DNA of 64,000 nucleotides from an uncultured Verrucomicrobiae bacterium (GCA_963837955.1 CAWIPH010000002.1:1376001-1440000), one strand, 5' to 3'. Counted from the first letter of the stretch, positions 38,908 to 48,543 are shown. The notes: generated by a model from the letters alone, not told the origin. Translations and numbers: made by a program.

Positions 38908-39960
38908 ATGCAAAAGCTCCGTTATAATGCCCCTGGCACCCCACCGGCAACTTTAGTTCCACTGCCTGAGCAGGCCGGCCACAAGCCAAAGCTGCGGTTG
39001 ATCGAATATGACGCTCACTCGTTCCAGGAACGAGAGATCGATGCGATTGAAGACGTTTTGGACTCTCTCCACGACTCAAAGGTGAGCTGGATCAATGTTG
39101 ACGGCCTCGGGGACGTCGAGACGTTGCAAAAGCTGGGTGAACATTTCCGGATTCATCCGCTCGCGCTGGAAGATGTGTTCAATACCGGGCAACGGCCCCA
39201 TATCGACGAGTATGATGACCAGCTTTTCGTCGTGTTGGAGATGGCTTATCACGCCAAGGAGGGAGAGTTAGTTTTCGAGCAGGTAAGTATTTTTTTGGGT
39301 CGTCATTATGTAATCACGATCCAGGAACATTCGGGAGACGTATTCGAACCCATTCGGAGGCGCATCCGCGAGGGACTCGGAAGCGCGCGCTTCCTGCACA
39401 GCGACTATCTGGCTTATGCCCTGATCGATGCCGTCATTGATCAATACTTCCCGTTGTCAGAAACATTGGGCGAGTCAATCGAGGACATGGAAGAAGAAGT
39501 GCTGGCAGCTCCGACCCGGGACAAGTTGCAGCAGATTCATGAATTCCGGCAGGCTCTGGCCCAGCTGCGCCGGGCCGTCTGGCCCACTCGCGAAGTCCTT
39601 GCCCGTTTGCTCAGAGACGAGACAGGTCTCATTGCCGAAAGAACGAAGCCGTTTCTTCGTGACTGCCTGGATCACGTTCTGGCAATCGCCGACCTGCTGG
39701 AAACCTATCGCGATATCACAACCAGTTTCATGGATCTATACGTCTCGAGCTTGAGCATGCGAACGAATGAAATCATGCGAGTGCTGACTATCATTTCGTC
39801 TATTTTCATCCCGCTCACTTTTATCGCCGGACTCTACGGCATGAACTTTGGCAATATGCCGGAGTTACACTGGAGCTTCGGCTACCCGCTTGTCCTTACT
39901 ATCATGTTAGCTGTGGCTCTTGGCATGATCGCGTTCTTTAAGGTAAAGAAATGGTTTTGA
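38908..39960 (+). CDS. corA: Magnesium/cobalt transporter CorA
   Basis: PGT motif, HPLALED, NEIMRVLT and YGMNF..MPEL.W.FGYP. Confidence 0.95.
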   Translation: MQKLRYNAPGTPPATLVPLPEQAGHKPKLRLIEYDAHSFQEREIDAIEDVLDSLHDSKVSWINVDGLGDVETLQKLGEHFRIHPLALEDVFNTGQRPHIDEYDDQLFVVLEMAYHAKEGELVFEQVSIFLGRHYVITIQEHSGDVFEPIRRRIREGLGSARFLHSDYLAYALIDAVIDQYFPLSETLGESIEDMEEEVLAAPTRDKLQQIHEFRQALAQLRRAVWPTREVLARLLRDETGLIAERTKPFLRDCLDHVLAIADLLETYRDITTSFMDLYVSSLSMRTNEIMRVLTIISSIFIPLTFIAGLYGMNFGNMPELHWSFGYPLVLTIMLAVALGMIAFFKVKKWF

Positions 39961-39973
39961 GTCCTATTTCCTT

Positions 39974-40210
39974 TTTCGCCTACCAACGCTGGAACAACGC
40001 CCACGATCGGTAGGGCGAAAGCCTGATTCGGCGCAACGCCGAATCGGCTTGAGCCGCTTCTCTGCCCGAGTTCCAGCTTAGTCCATCTTCATCCCGCGCT
40101 GACAAACGGGTCGAAAGGTTAGTCCGCGCACGCTGCTCAAACCCGGCGCGAATCACACAACCAGACAAGGCAACGTTTCCACACGCGCCTTAGTTTTCGC
40201 CCTACCGATC
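39974..40210. repeat. GTAG-type REP-like elements
   Basis: ttcgcctaccaacgctgg, gatcggtagggcgaaa and ttttcgccctaccgatc. Confidence 0.7.
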
Positions 40211-40380
40211 CTGGGTTTCGATACACCGTAGCCTGATCGTCCACGCTCAGGAACCCAGCGCGTCAGATATGCCTGTTATGCGCAATCCTCGGACATTTAG
40301 TCCAACGAAGGGAATCGCATGGGCTTCGGTTACGGAGGCTGGCTTGTCCGACATAGGCCCCGCGACGTCGGAAGCATCGT

Positions 40381-40944
40381 CTACGTTGGCTTCTGCTTTG
40401 CCAGGTAATCGTTAACCGCTTTTTCCCAGTGCTCCCCATTACCACGATCGGTCGAACCGAGTTTCTGGACATGATCGTTTGCTTCCGGACTCAGCGCCGT
40501 TCGCTCATAAACGACGCTGACCTTTGTCTTGGCAGAATCGAGTGGCAAAAACCTGAGATCAATGACTGTGACCATGACGTCGCTGACGAAATAGACGTAC
40601 TGAAAATGGCGGTCCTTCATATCAAAGGCTGTATTCACCCAGATGGATTGATGAGATCCGTGTCTGACACTGAATACCGCGCCTTCTCTATCTTTGGGAG
40701 GGTGGGGATAGATGAACTGCGGATCCCAATCTTCTCCTGCCCATGATCGTTCAGCGAGTGGCCCGAAAAGAGGAGCCGCAATTTCGTACGGAGCCTGAAC
40801 CGTGAGCTCGAAGCGGTTGCGAACGTGCGCCAGTGGAACCGCACTCTCCGGAACAGATGCTGTCTGCGTTGTCTTCTTTGTCTGAGATGAGACGGGCATG
40901 ATTGTGGCCGCTCCAACTAGAACTAAACCCATAAGGGCTTTCAT
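40381..40944 (-). CDS. Secreted hypothetical protein (possible SRPBCC/START-like fold)
   Basis: Signal peptide; APLF.P..E..W...W.P and V.YERTAL...N motifs; ATGA overlap with the upstream gene. Confidence 0.7.
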   Translation of the reverse strand: MKALMGLVLVGAATIMPVSSQTKKTTQTASVPESAVPLAHVRNRFELTVQAPYEIAAPLFGPLAERSWAGEDWDPQFIYPHPPKDREGAVFSVRHGSHQSIWVNTAFDMKDRHFQYVYFVSDVMVTVIDLRFLPLDSAKTKVSVVYERTALSPEANDHVQKLGSTDRGNGEHWEKAVNDYLAKQKPT

Positions 40945-41216
40945 CGGGTGGGTTCTTTGAGCTTGTGGCTGTCTTCGGCTTTCAAGGTCATCCCGTAGAT
41001 GGTCTTGAACTGCTCGATTTCCTTAAGGGTTTCCCGAGAAAATGCCGGCTTCCCTTCAAAGGCGTGAAGCACAATCCCCTCCAGCAAATTGCCGAGAGAC
41101 ATGTCTTTGAGTTCGGCAACGGCTTTCAGCGTTTTCAATAGTCGTTTCTCTAGGCGCACTCCCGTTTGGACTCGCTCGATTTCAACAGAAGCCGGTTGGC
41201 TCCTCTCCGTCGACAT
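40941..41216 (-). CDS. Small conserved protein, ribbon-helix-helix-like
   Basis: Strand QTGVRL, helix EKRLLKTLKAVAE, then MSLGNLLEGIV. Confidence 0.7.
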   Translation of the reverse strand: MSTERSQPASVEIERVQTGVRLEKRLLKTLKAVAELKDMSLGNLLEGIVLHAFEGKPAFSRETLKEIEQFKTIYGMTLKAEDSHKLKEPTR

Positions 41217-41598
41217 TGGTACTAATGTACAATGGTAACTTCGAACGGAAAGAAAAAACCATCAGAGAGGAGTTCAGAAATTCAAAGAGTCAGAAGGGGA
41301 AGGCGGTTGCCAAAATTCTCAGACGCCATGGATTTAGGAGCTAGAAGGTGAGACCTCGCCTCCGTTTTGTTCTTAAGTTCCTGAGCGCCTCATCCTCTTC
41401 GAACTTTTTGAACTCCTGGTACTCCTGAATTTCTGAACTCCTTGACAATAGATCTGTCTTCCTTGTAGCAACGTGCATATAAGTTGGTGGTTGCCGTGCA
41501 AATCGTTGGAAATCAGTGTCTCGCTCTCTTCGGAAACTTTCTCCGCAATACTCCGCCGTTGATCACGTCTTACGGCCAAACGCTAGAATGAGTTAACT

Positions 41599-42027
41599 AT
41601 GCCAGGCCTAAACGACTTCCTTTCGCGAATCCAGACCGATCATACGTTCTACTTGCAGGTTAAGAAGGACCCGGAGGGAGCCCTAGCGGCTTACGAACTG
41701 AGCGCTGAAGAACAGGCCGCTTTTACCGAATCTGGTCCGCAACTTTGGGCTTATCTCGGACGGCTGACAACGCGTGCCGAATCGCTCGCTCGTGATCAGG
41801 ACGGAAGTATCGTCCATGATCCGAATCCGACCAATTGGAAGATTTCCCCTTTGCACACGTCAACGAATGCCATTGCGGACCTGTGCGGTTCCGCCGATTC
41901 AGATTTTAATCCTGCGACGCTGCTTAGCCGGCCTGAAGTTCAACAAACTATCGCCCTAATCCACGGCGCGAGTACGCACGCCGGTAAGGCGGCGGCGGTC
42001 TCCGCTCTAATGGAACAAATTGGATGA
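41599..42027 (+). CDS. Putative split-borosin RiPP precursor (LigA/NHLP-like leader domain)
   Basis: LNDFLSRIQTD..F....KDPEGALAAYELSAEEQAAF helical-bundle pattern; ATGA overlap with the methyltransferase. Confidence 0.75.
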   Translation: MPGLNDFLSRIQTDHTFYLQVKKDPEGALAAYELSAEEQAAFTESGPQLWAYLGRLTTRAESLARDQDGSIVHDPNPTNWKISPLHTSTNAIADLCGSADSDFNPATLLSRPEVQQTIALIHGASTHAGKAAAVSALMEQIG

Positions 42028-42836
42028 GGGGAATAGAGCGGACCGAGGACTCTCTGCCGTTTGACATAGCAATCGTCGGACTAGGAATCGTCGGAGTCCA
42101 TCAGATTACTCGGGAGGTCGAAGAAACGATTCGCCGGTGCCGGCGAACATTTGTGGTCGATTCCGGATTTGGTGTTATCTCCTATCTTGAGAGCATCTGT
42201 GAGGAGGTGACGAGTCTTATCCCGCTTTACGAGAGGGGCAAAGAGCGGCTACCCACCTATCGCAGGATGGCGGCTGAGGTGATTAATGGTGCAATTAGCG
42301 GTTCGCCGGTCTGTTTTGCTACCTATGGGCACCCATTGGTCTATTGCTATCCTGCAGTGTTAATCCAAAGGGCGGCCAAACTCCTCAATCTCCGGGCGGA
42401 GACATTTCCGGGTATATCTTCGTTTGACACTTTGCTTGTGGACCTAGGCGTTGACTTCGCGGCCGACGGCTTGCAAATGTACGAAGCGACCGATTTAATT
42501 TTGCGGCGACGGCCGATCCAAAATGACGTCACGTGCGTGCTCTGGCAGGCTAGTGTTTTTGGCGATCCGACTTACGAGACGGACCGCCGCTCCGCTGAAC
42601 ACTTCTTGAGTCTACAAAACTATTTGCTCGAATTCTATCCCCCCGAGCATCCAATCACTCTGGTTTTCTCAAAAACGTTTCCATTGCTGCAGTCGATCGT
42701 CGAAACCTACCGGCTGGGAACGCTTGCGGCCGACCTGGAGCGTGGTCCGCAAGGGGGCACGCTGTACATCCCGCCGCTGCGCCGTCGAGCGATTGAAGAC
42801 CACGAGCTCTTGGAGAAGCTGACCCTCCAGACCTAA
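42024..42836 (+). CDS. Borosin-type SAM-dependent peptide alpha-N-methyltransferase (TP_methylase fold)
   Basis: VGLGI...QIT.E, Y..GK.R..TY..M, YGHP, PGISS.D.L..DLG.D, G.Q.YEAT, LWQ and YP..H, as in OphMA/SonM. Confidence 0.88.
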   Translation: MRGIERTEDSLPFDIAIVGLGIVGVHQITREVEETIRRCRRTFVVDSGFGVISYLESICEEVTSLIPLYERGKERLPTYRRMAAEVINGAISGSPVCFATYGHPLVYCYPAVLIQRAAKLLNLRAETFPGISSFDTLLVDLGVDFAADGLQMYEATDLILRRRPIQNDVTCVLWQASVFGDPTYETDRRSAEHFLSLQNYLLEFYPPEHPITLVFSKTFPLLQSIVETYRLGTLAADLERGPQGGTLYIPPLRRRAIEDHELLEKLTLQT

Positions 42837-43040
42837 AACAGCCGTCGTCACTGGTTCGAGCAGGCGGTCGGCTCGATTGGTTTCCAGATTCCAGCAGCTG
42901 AACCAGGTGGAGCTGCCGAGCACTGAACGCCGGTCTCAGAGAGCCGTCCGCACGCAGACTCATCCTTCACTTAGGAAGAAAAGAACCGAGACACGAAGCC
43001 AAACAGAAATCTCTTCAGCCGTTTATCTATTCTTCGTGGC

Positions 43041-45323
43041 CTAATCGTGCGGCGCTAACTCGGCTAACAACTTGTCAAAACGAGGATCCCCGCGAAGCGG
43101 ATCCCAATAGGGTTCGAGTTTGAGGTGGTTGTAGAAGAGCCCGTAGGGCACTCTAGAGAGGGCATTCAATTGGTGAAAAGCGAGATCCGGTTCGTTTGTC
43201 CACGCATAGACGACCGCAAGATTCATCGCAACGCGCGGACCATCTATCGCATCCTTCGAGATCGGCAGAGCCTCTACGGCGCGTTTGCCTTCGGAGATGG
43301 CATCCTCTTTGCGTCCAATTAACGCGTCGACCACGGCCAAATTGCTAAGCAATGCCGCATTCATGGGCGAAGTCTCTACTTTCCGATTCAATAGCTGTCG
43401 CGTCTCGGCCCAACCGGGCTGTGCGCTAGGCTGTTCTCCGCTCAGTCGAGCAAGCAAAATGGAATAACAGCCGAATGGAACGGGTTTCGCACCATAAGCA
43501 AATTCATCAGCATCCTCGCCGCCGCTCATTTTCTCGAGCAGTTGTTTTGCTTGCTGCCAATCTCGATGAGTGATTGCCAACCTGACCTGTTCAGAGAACA
43601 CGATTCTATCCTCTGGCATGGCCGCAGCAAGCGATTCGACCCCCGACCGGTACTCGGTATCGTCCCCTCTTCGTAGAACAGTAGTAAAATATTGCTTCTG
43701 AAGCGTCGCGAGCGGCCGATTTGGAGCAAGGCTGATCAGCTGATCCCAAGCACGTTCGGCCGCAGTAAATTGTCGGGAATAGGAGAGCGTTTCCGCCAAA
43801 TCCGAAATCGGCAGTGGATTACGCGGATCGATTGCAATGGCTTCATTAAACTTCCGAATCGCCAGTTCGAATTTACCCTGGCGGCGGTCCATTAGCGCTT
43901 CCAGATAGATCACTTCAGCACTGTTTGGCAGGTCACGGCGAGCGATTTCTAGCTGAACGCGCGCGCGTTCATAGTCACGATGGCCGCGGTAAAGATGATT
44001 TGCGTAAGCTAAGTGGACCTCGGGAAGATCGGGTTGCAAACGCAAGGCATTGTTAATCGCTTCGTCTCCGAGGGCGCGCCGATCCGAAGTCGGATCGAAA
44101 TCAAGGAACAGGTGGTCATGGACCAAAGCAATCGCGCTGTACGCTACGGCGAAGTTCGGATCGAGTTCCACAGCTTGCTGAAGCAGATTCAAAGCATCGC
44201 GTAGAGGCTTCTCTTTGTCTCCGGTCGCAATGATTTGAGCATGAACAATCTTCTCCTTAGCCTCAAGATACATGTCGTACGCCTTTATATTCTCGGTTGG
44301 TTTTGCTTCGATTCGCTGCTTTTCTTCGGGGGAAAGCGCAGCCGAAAGCTTGCCGGCGATAGTTTGAGCAACCTCGCTCTGAATTGTAAAGATATCAGTG
44401 AGATCCCGGTCGTAGCTGTCGGCCCAAACGGCATTGTCGCTGCGAGCGTCGACCAGTTGGGCGCTTACCCGAACTCGGTTGCCCTCGCGGCGTACCGTTC
44501 CCTCCAAGACGTTGGCTACTCCTAGAGCATAGGCGATCTGGCGCACATCGCGTTTCACGTCCGCGCGATACTGCATAACTGAGGTTCGACTAACGACCTT
44601 GAGTGCCGCAATTTTGGCCAGGTTATTGAGAATTTCGTCCTGAACGCCATCGGCGAAATAGCCGTCGTCTTTACTGGAGCTAATGCTCTCGAAAGGGAGG
44701 ACCGCCACGCTCTTTGCCGAAATTTCGGCGAGGGAACTGCCTGAAATTTGTTGTAAGATTCGGCTCCCCGATGTGTAGAGCCAAGCCGACACGGCGATCA
44801 CTACGGCTGCAGCGGCGAGACCGGCTCCAATGATCCAGCGACTTCGTTTCAGCGGCGCAATGAGACCCGGGTAGGCAGTTGCTTTCGGAGCGGTCTGATT
44901 CGCGCTCGTGAGGGAGTCGCCGTTAGCTAACAGTTTTTTCACCCGCTCGGTGAGCGAGTCGAGATGCTTTTCTAAGGGCGGAGAGACCGCGTCCAGCCAG
45001 TGCACTGTCTCCAGGAAATAGCTCAGACTACTCTGCGGTAGCGTGTCTTCGATGCGAAAGGGAATAACATGCAACCCTAGCGAAAATGCTTTAGCAACTT
45101 CACGTCGCACATGGCCGGAAACATTCGCGTTTTCGGAAAACACGAGCACAAACACCCGACAAGCGGTGATCCCGCGCATGATGCCCTCGGTCCAATCGGA
45201 CCCAAACTCGATGTTCCGGGGAGCCATCCAGCACGGGATATCGGCAGACTCCAGGTGATGGCAAATAGCATCCGCTACTGCCTTGTCCTTGCTCGAATGG
45301 CTGATAAAGATCTGGGGCGTCAT
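43041..45323 (-). CDS. TIR domain + TM + TolB-like domain + TPR protein
   Basis: IFISHSSKD, SGHVRREV and IPFRIE (TIR_2); TM; SVAVLPF, YFADG..DEI, SRTSVMQY, VLEGTVRR; TPRs; WDPLRGDPRF. Confidence 0.9.
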   Translation of the reverse strand: MTPQIFISHSSKDKAVADAICHHLESADIPCWMAPRNIEFGSDWTEGIMRGITACRVFVLVFSENANVSGHVRREVAKAFSLGLHVIPFRIEDTLPQSSLSYFLETVHWLDAVSPPLEKHLDSLTERVKKLLANGDSLTSANQTAPKATAYPGLIAPLKRSRWIIGAGLAAAAVVIAVSAWLYTSGSRILQQISGSSLAEISAKSVAVLPFESISSSKDDGYFADGVQDEILNNLAKIAALKVVSRTSVMQYRADVKRDVRQIAYALGVANVLEGTVRREGNRVRVSAQLVDARSDNAVWADSYDRDLTDIFTIQSEVAQTIAGKLSAALSPEEKQRIEAKPTENIKAYDMYLEAKEKIVHAQIIATGDKEKPLRDALNLLQQAVELDPNFAVAYSAIALVHDHLFLDFDPTSDRRALGDEAINNALRLQPDLPEVHLAYANHLYRGHRDYERARVQLEIARRDLPNSAEVIYLEALMDRRQGKFELAIRKFNEAIAIDPRNPLPISDLAETLSYSRQFTAAERAWDQLISLAPNRPLATLQKQYFTTVLRRGDDTEYRSGVESLAAAMPEDRIVFSEQVRLAITHRDWQQAKQLLEKMSGGEDADEFAYGAKPVPFGCYSILLARLSGEQPSAQPGWAETRQLLNRKVETSPMNAALLSNLAVVDALIGRKEDAISEGKRAVEALPISKDAIDGPRVAMNLAVVYAWTNEPDLAFHQLNALSRVPYGLFYNHLKLEPYWDPLRGDPRFDKLLAELAPHD

Positions 45324-45461
45324 GGCAACTCTCCAGTGCGCACGGCTTTATAGATAGATGCTTTGCGGGCCAATAGCTTGCACAAAATTTGGGTTCGGAA
45401 TGAGGATAGCCCCGGAAGTCTAGCGTGGGTGCCCCTGACGGCTAGGGCGGGTACCCATGAC

Positions 45462-45606
45462 GGGTAGGGCGAAACACGCCGGCGAGCGACAGCGAGATAA
45501 GGCGTGTGAGCCAAAAACCACTCAGCTCACAGCCTGTTGGGGGCGGGGATACGAACGGCTCAAGCCGGCGCGGCTGAGACCGCTCCAGGCTTTCGCCCTA
45601 CCGATC
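45462..45606. repeat. GTAG-type REP-like pair
   Basis: gggtagggcgaaa ... tttcgccctaccgatc. Confidence 0.65.
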
Positions 45607-45795
45607 TTGGGTTTTTCGCGTGAGATCTTGCATTCGTAATATGCAGGATTACGGACAACGAGAAGCTGGGGCTGTCGATAATCTTGCTAAACGCGCTCTC
45701 CCGATGCAGAAGAATGAGCAGGCTAGTTACCCGATCGCGACAATCTTGAGAGAAAATCCCGTCCGGCACGTTGTGTGCTTAGGGAGCTGCCTGAG

Positions 45796-47121
45796 ATGAG
45801 TACCCAAGCAGTATGTCGATCGGTGGACGAGATTCCTCTCTACCGCGAAGGTTCTTCCGAGGAGGAATCTGTCCAGCGATTTCAGGATGATCCTATCCGT
45901 TTTCATCTCCGCGCGTTTCGGCAACTAGGGCCGATCTATGCCACTTATTTTCGAAAACGCATTTGGGTGGTTTTGGCTGGCCTGGACGCTAACGATTTTG
46001 TCTGGCGCAACTGGAAGATTTGGGATTACTCGGAGGCAAACGCTCCTTTCCTGAATGAAATGGGGCCCAATCATGTCACCGCCTTGGACGGTGATGATCA
46101 TCGCGATAAACGGGCGATCCTCAAACCGGCTTTCGACCAGGCGCCGGCTATGCGTTTTCTGCCTGAATTTCATCGTCTGCTGGAGGATGAGTTAACGAAG
46201 GTAAGCAACCAGCCGGTGGAACTAACCAAGTTCTGGGCAAGGGCGATTACCAAGATCAATAGCCGGACTGTCGCCCAGGCTGAGATTCCGGACGATGTCA
46301 TCGAACGAATGGCGGATTGGGAATATCAGATGTTGCGCGGCCTTTTTTTGGATGACGGCAGGGCCTCCTATATAGAGAGGGAACGGTATCGGGCTTTGAA
46401 AACGGAGACTTTCGGTTGGCTCCGCAAGATTGTGGATGAGCGGTTGCGAAACCCACGTCTTCATAGCGACAATTTTGCAGCGACGCTCCGAGCCCGGGCC
46501 GTTCAAGAGGGTGGGGATCCGGACCCCGAGCGATTGGTCAACGATCTTTACCTGATTTTATTGGCTGGGACCGATAACACCTCCAGCTTGATCAACTCGG
46601 TGCTTATCCTGGTTGCAGCTTGTCCGGAATGGTTCAAAGCACTGCGAGAAGAACTCGATTCGTGGGACGGGCGCGATGTCAGGGCCTTGGCTCAGATGTC
46701 GAGATTGAAAGCGTCTATCCTGGAAACTCAGCGGGTCCGACCGGGGACCTTCACCCTGTTCAAGCGCGCGGCCGAAGATTTCGAGTTTGAGGGATACCGG
46801 GTGCCGGCAGGAACGGATGTATTGCATGTCCATACACTTGGTCACTTCCTGGAGGAAGTGTACGAAGAGCCATTCCGGTTCAAGCCCGAGCGATTCCTGG
46901 AAAACGATAAATTCGCACCTAAAACGTTCGGCTTGTTTGGCGGGGGATCGCATGTCTGTCTGGGTCGAAATCATAGCTTGCTGCAAACGCCGGTAGCGGT
47001 GGCGCAGGCGATCCGAAACTACGAGATCGAGTTCCAGGAACCGCCGGAAGAGCATGTCCGGGTCGGTTATGCCGGTTCGCGGGTTCATCAGGAGCTCTGG
47101 GTGAAGTTGGTGCCGCGTTGA
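45796..47121 (+). CDS. Cytochrome P450
   Basis: Heme motif FGGGSHVCLG, ExxR (ETQR), F.PERF, I-helix AGTDNT; AGGGAG RBS. Confidence 0.95.
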   Translation: MSTQAVCRSVDEIPLYREGSSEEESVQRFQDDPIRFHLRAFRQLGPIYATYFRKRIWVVLAGLDANDFVWRNWKIWDYSEANAPFLNEMGPNHVTALDGDDHRDKRAILKPAFDQAPAMRFLPEFHRLLEDELTKVSNQPVELTKFWARAITKINSRTVAQAEIPDDVIERMADWEYQMLRGLFLDDGRASYIERERYRALKTETFGWLRKIVDERLRNPRLHSDNFAATLRARAVQEGGDPDPERLVNDLYLILLAGTDNTSSLINSVLILVAACPEWFKALREELDSWDGRDVRALAQMSRLKASILETQRVRPGTFTLFKRAAEDFEFEGYRVPAGTDVLHVHTLGHFLEEVYEEPFRFKPERFLENDKFAPKTFGLFGGGSHVCLGRNHSLLQTPVAVAQAIRNYEIEFQEPPEEHVRVGYAGSRVHQELWVKLVPR

Positions 47122-47124
47122 TTC

Positions 47125-47215
47125 AGTGATCAGTAATCAGTAATCAGTAATCAGTAATCAGTAATCGGTGATCGGTGATCGGTGATCGGTGATTGAGGAT
47201 TGAGGATTGAGGATT
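47125..47215. repeat. Compound heptamer array (AGTAATC / GGTGATC / GAGGATT)
   Basis: About 13 units directly after the P450 stop. Confidence 0.9.
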
Positions 47216-47232
47216 TCGGAGGCGCCGTCGAA

Positions 47233-47372
47233 CCCATCGTCGGAGGGGCGTCGCTCGCGACGCCCGGGAATAGCCCCTGATAAACAACACACGCTGGATC
47301 GCCTCTCCTCGATTCCTCGGTTCGTCCTGGGCTATTCCCTGGCGTCGCAAGCGACGCCCCTCCGACGATGGG
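47233..47372. repeat. REP-doublet hairpin (same family as at 12.0-12.5 kb)
   Basis: cccatcgtcggaggggcgtcgctcgcgacgcccgggaatagccc ... gggctattccctggcgtcgcaagcgacgcccctccgacgatggg. Confidence 0.85.
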
Positions 47373-47558
47373 CTTTTCCCGCCATCGCTGTAGTATTGCT
47401 AGCAATTCGGGCGACAAGAATCGAAAAACTGGCCCTAAATTCTCAAAAGCGACGTTATTCGGCTTGTTTTAACAATAACTTCGTCGTAAATACTGCTTCA
47501 TTCAGTAGTATAACTACGGAATAGGGCACCCTCCCGACTGTGCCATCCCCAACAAGCC

Positions 47559-48503
47559 ATGAAAAAGAACCTCATCTTGGCTGGCCTAGCATTGGCAGCC
47601 GTTTTGTCGCCCGCATTCAGTGAAGATACCGGTAAAAAGCTCCGCATCGTGTTTTGTCCCCCGAACATGAAGCATACCTGGAACGTTGCTGCGGCCAGGG
47701 CAGCTGAAACCGACGCAAAGAAGCTCGGTATTGAGATCGTTGTTCAGGATGGCCAAGGCAATTCGCCCAAACAATCGAGTGATCTTCGAAACGCCGTGAA
47801 CCAAGGAGTGGACGGAATCGTATTGGGCGCAAATGACATTCACGCGCTAGTGCCCGCGGTGAATGACGTAATCGCTTCAGGTATCCCGATCGTGACTTTT
47901 GACCGGTACGTGGAAGGCACGACCCAGAAGGTGCCGTTCTTCGGGCTGGATAACGTCGCCGGCGGCGCTTTGCTGGCAAAGTATGTCATCGAGAAATTCC
48001 CCAACGGCGCCAAAATTTTGTTTCTAACGGGCCAACCTGGGAGTAGTCCGGCCATTGATCGAGCGAAAGGCGTTCACGACACCCTGAAAGCGGCTGGCGA
48101 CAAATATCAGATCGTGGCGGAACAAACTGGGAACTGGATGCGTGACCAAGGGCTCACCATCACGCAGAACATGCTGACGTCGCTGGGTTATACTCCTGAT
48201 GCGATTATCGCTTCGAACGACGACATGGCGTTAGGTGTTCTGGAGGCTCTACAGCAAGCCGGCCTTCCCCCCAACAAAGTTTTAGTGCTCGGCTGCGATT
48301 GTACTCCAGAAGCTCTGGCGAAAATCAAAGACGGGGTATTAGCCGGCTCGGTAGAATTCCCGTTAAAGCAAGTGACAATGGCTGTCGACGCCATCGTAGC
48401 GCACATCCGCGACAAGAAGCCGATTGAAGGCAAACTGTTGGATCCGGTGCTGATCGAGAAAACGAATCTTACTGCTGCAGAACGCTACGCGGAATTGCAG
48501 TAA
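47559..48503 (+). CDS. RbsB-like sugar-binding protein (standalone)
   Basis: Signal peptide; GIPIVTFDR, DN..GG, R.KG, NW.R and NDDMALG motifs. Confidence 0.92.
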   Translation: MKKNLILAGLALAAVLSPAFSEDTGKKLRIVFCPPNMKHTWNVAAARAAETDAKKLGIEIVVQDGQGNSPKQSSDLRNAVNQGVDGIVLGANDIHALVPAVNDVIASGIPIVTFDRYVEGTTQKVPFFGLDNVAGGALLAKYVIEKFPNGAKILFLTGQPGSSPAIDRAKGVHDTLKAAGDKYQIVAEQTGNWMRDQGLTITQNMLTSLGYTPDAIIASNDDMALGVLEALQQAGLPPNKVLVLGCDCTPEALAKIKDGVLAGSVEFPLKQVTMAVDAIVAHIRDKKPIEGKLLDPVLIEKTNLTAAERYAELQ

Positions 48504-48543
48504 ATAAGCTAGCGAACCGGTAGAATAGGCCGGGGAGCTGATC

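Noticed and set aside
38270..38908. 212-aa plus-strand ORF, and similar antisense or shadow ORFs such as 59459-60100
   Set aside because: Overlap well-supported genes or run through repeats, with no recognisable motifs.
42024..42836. Siroheme/cobalamin methylase or MazG-associated methylase
   Set aside because: Has YGHP and R..TY rather than GDP, no MazG domain, no tetrapyrrole genes nearby, and is coupled to a precursor-like gene.
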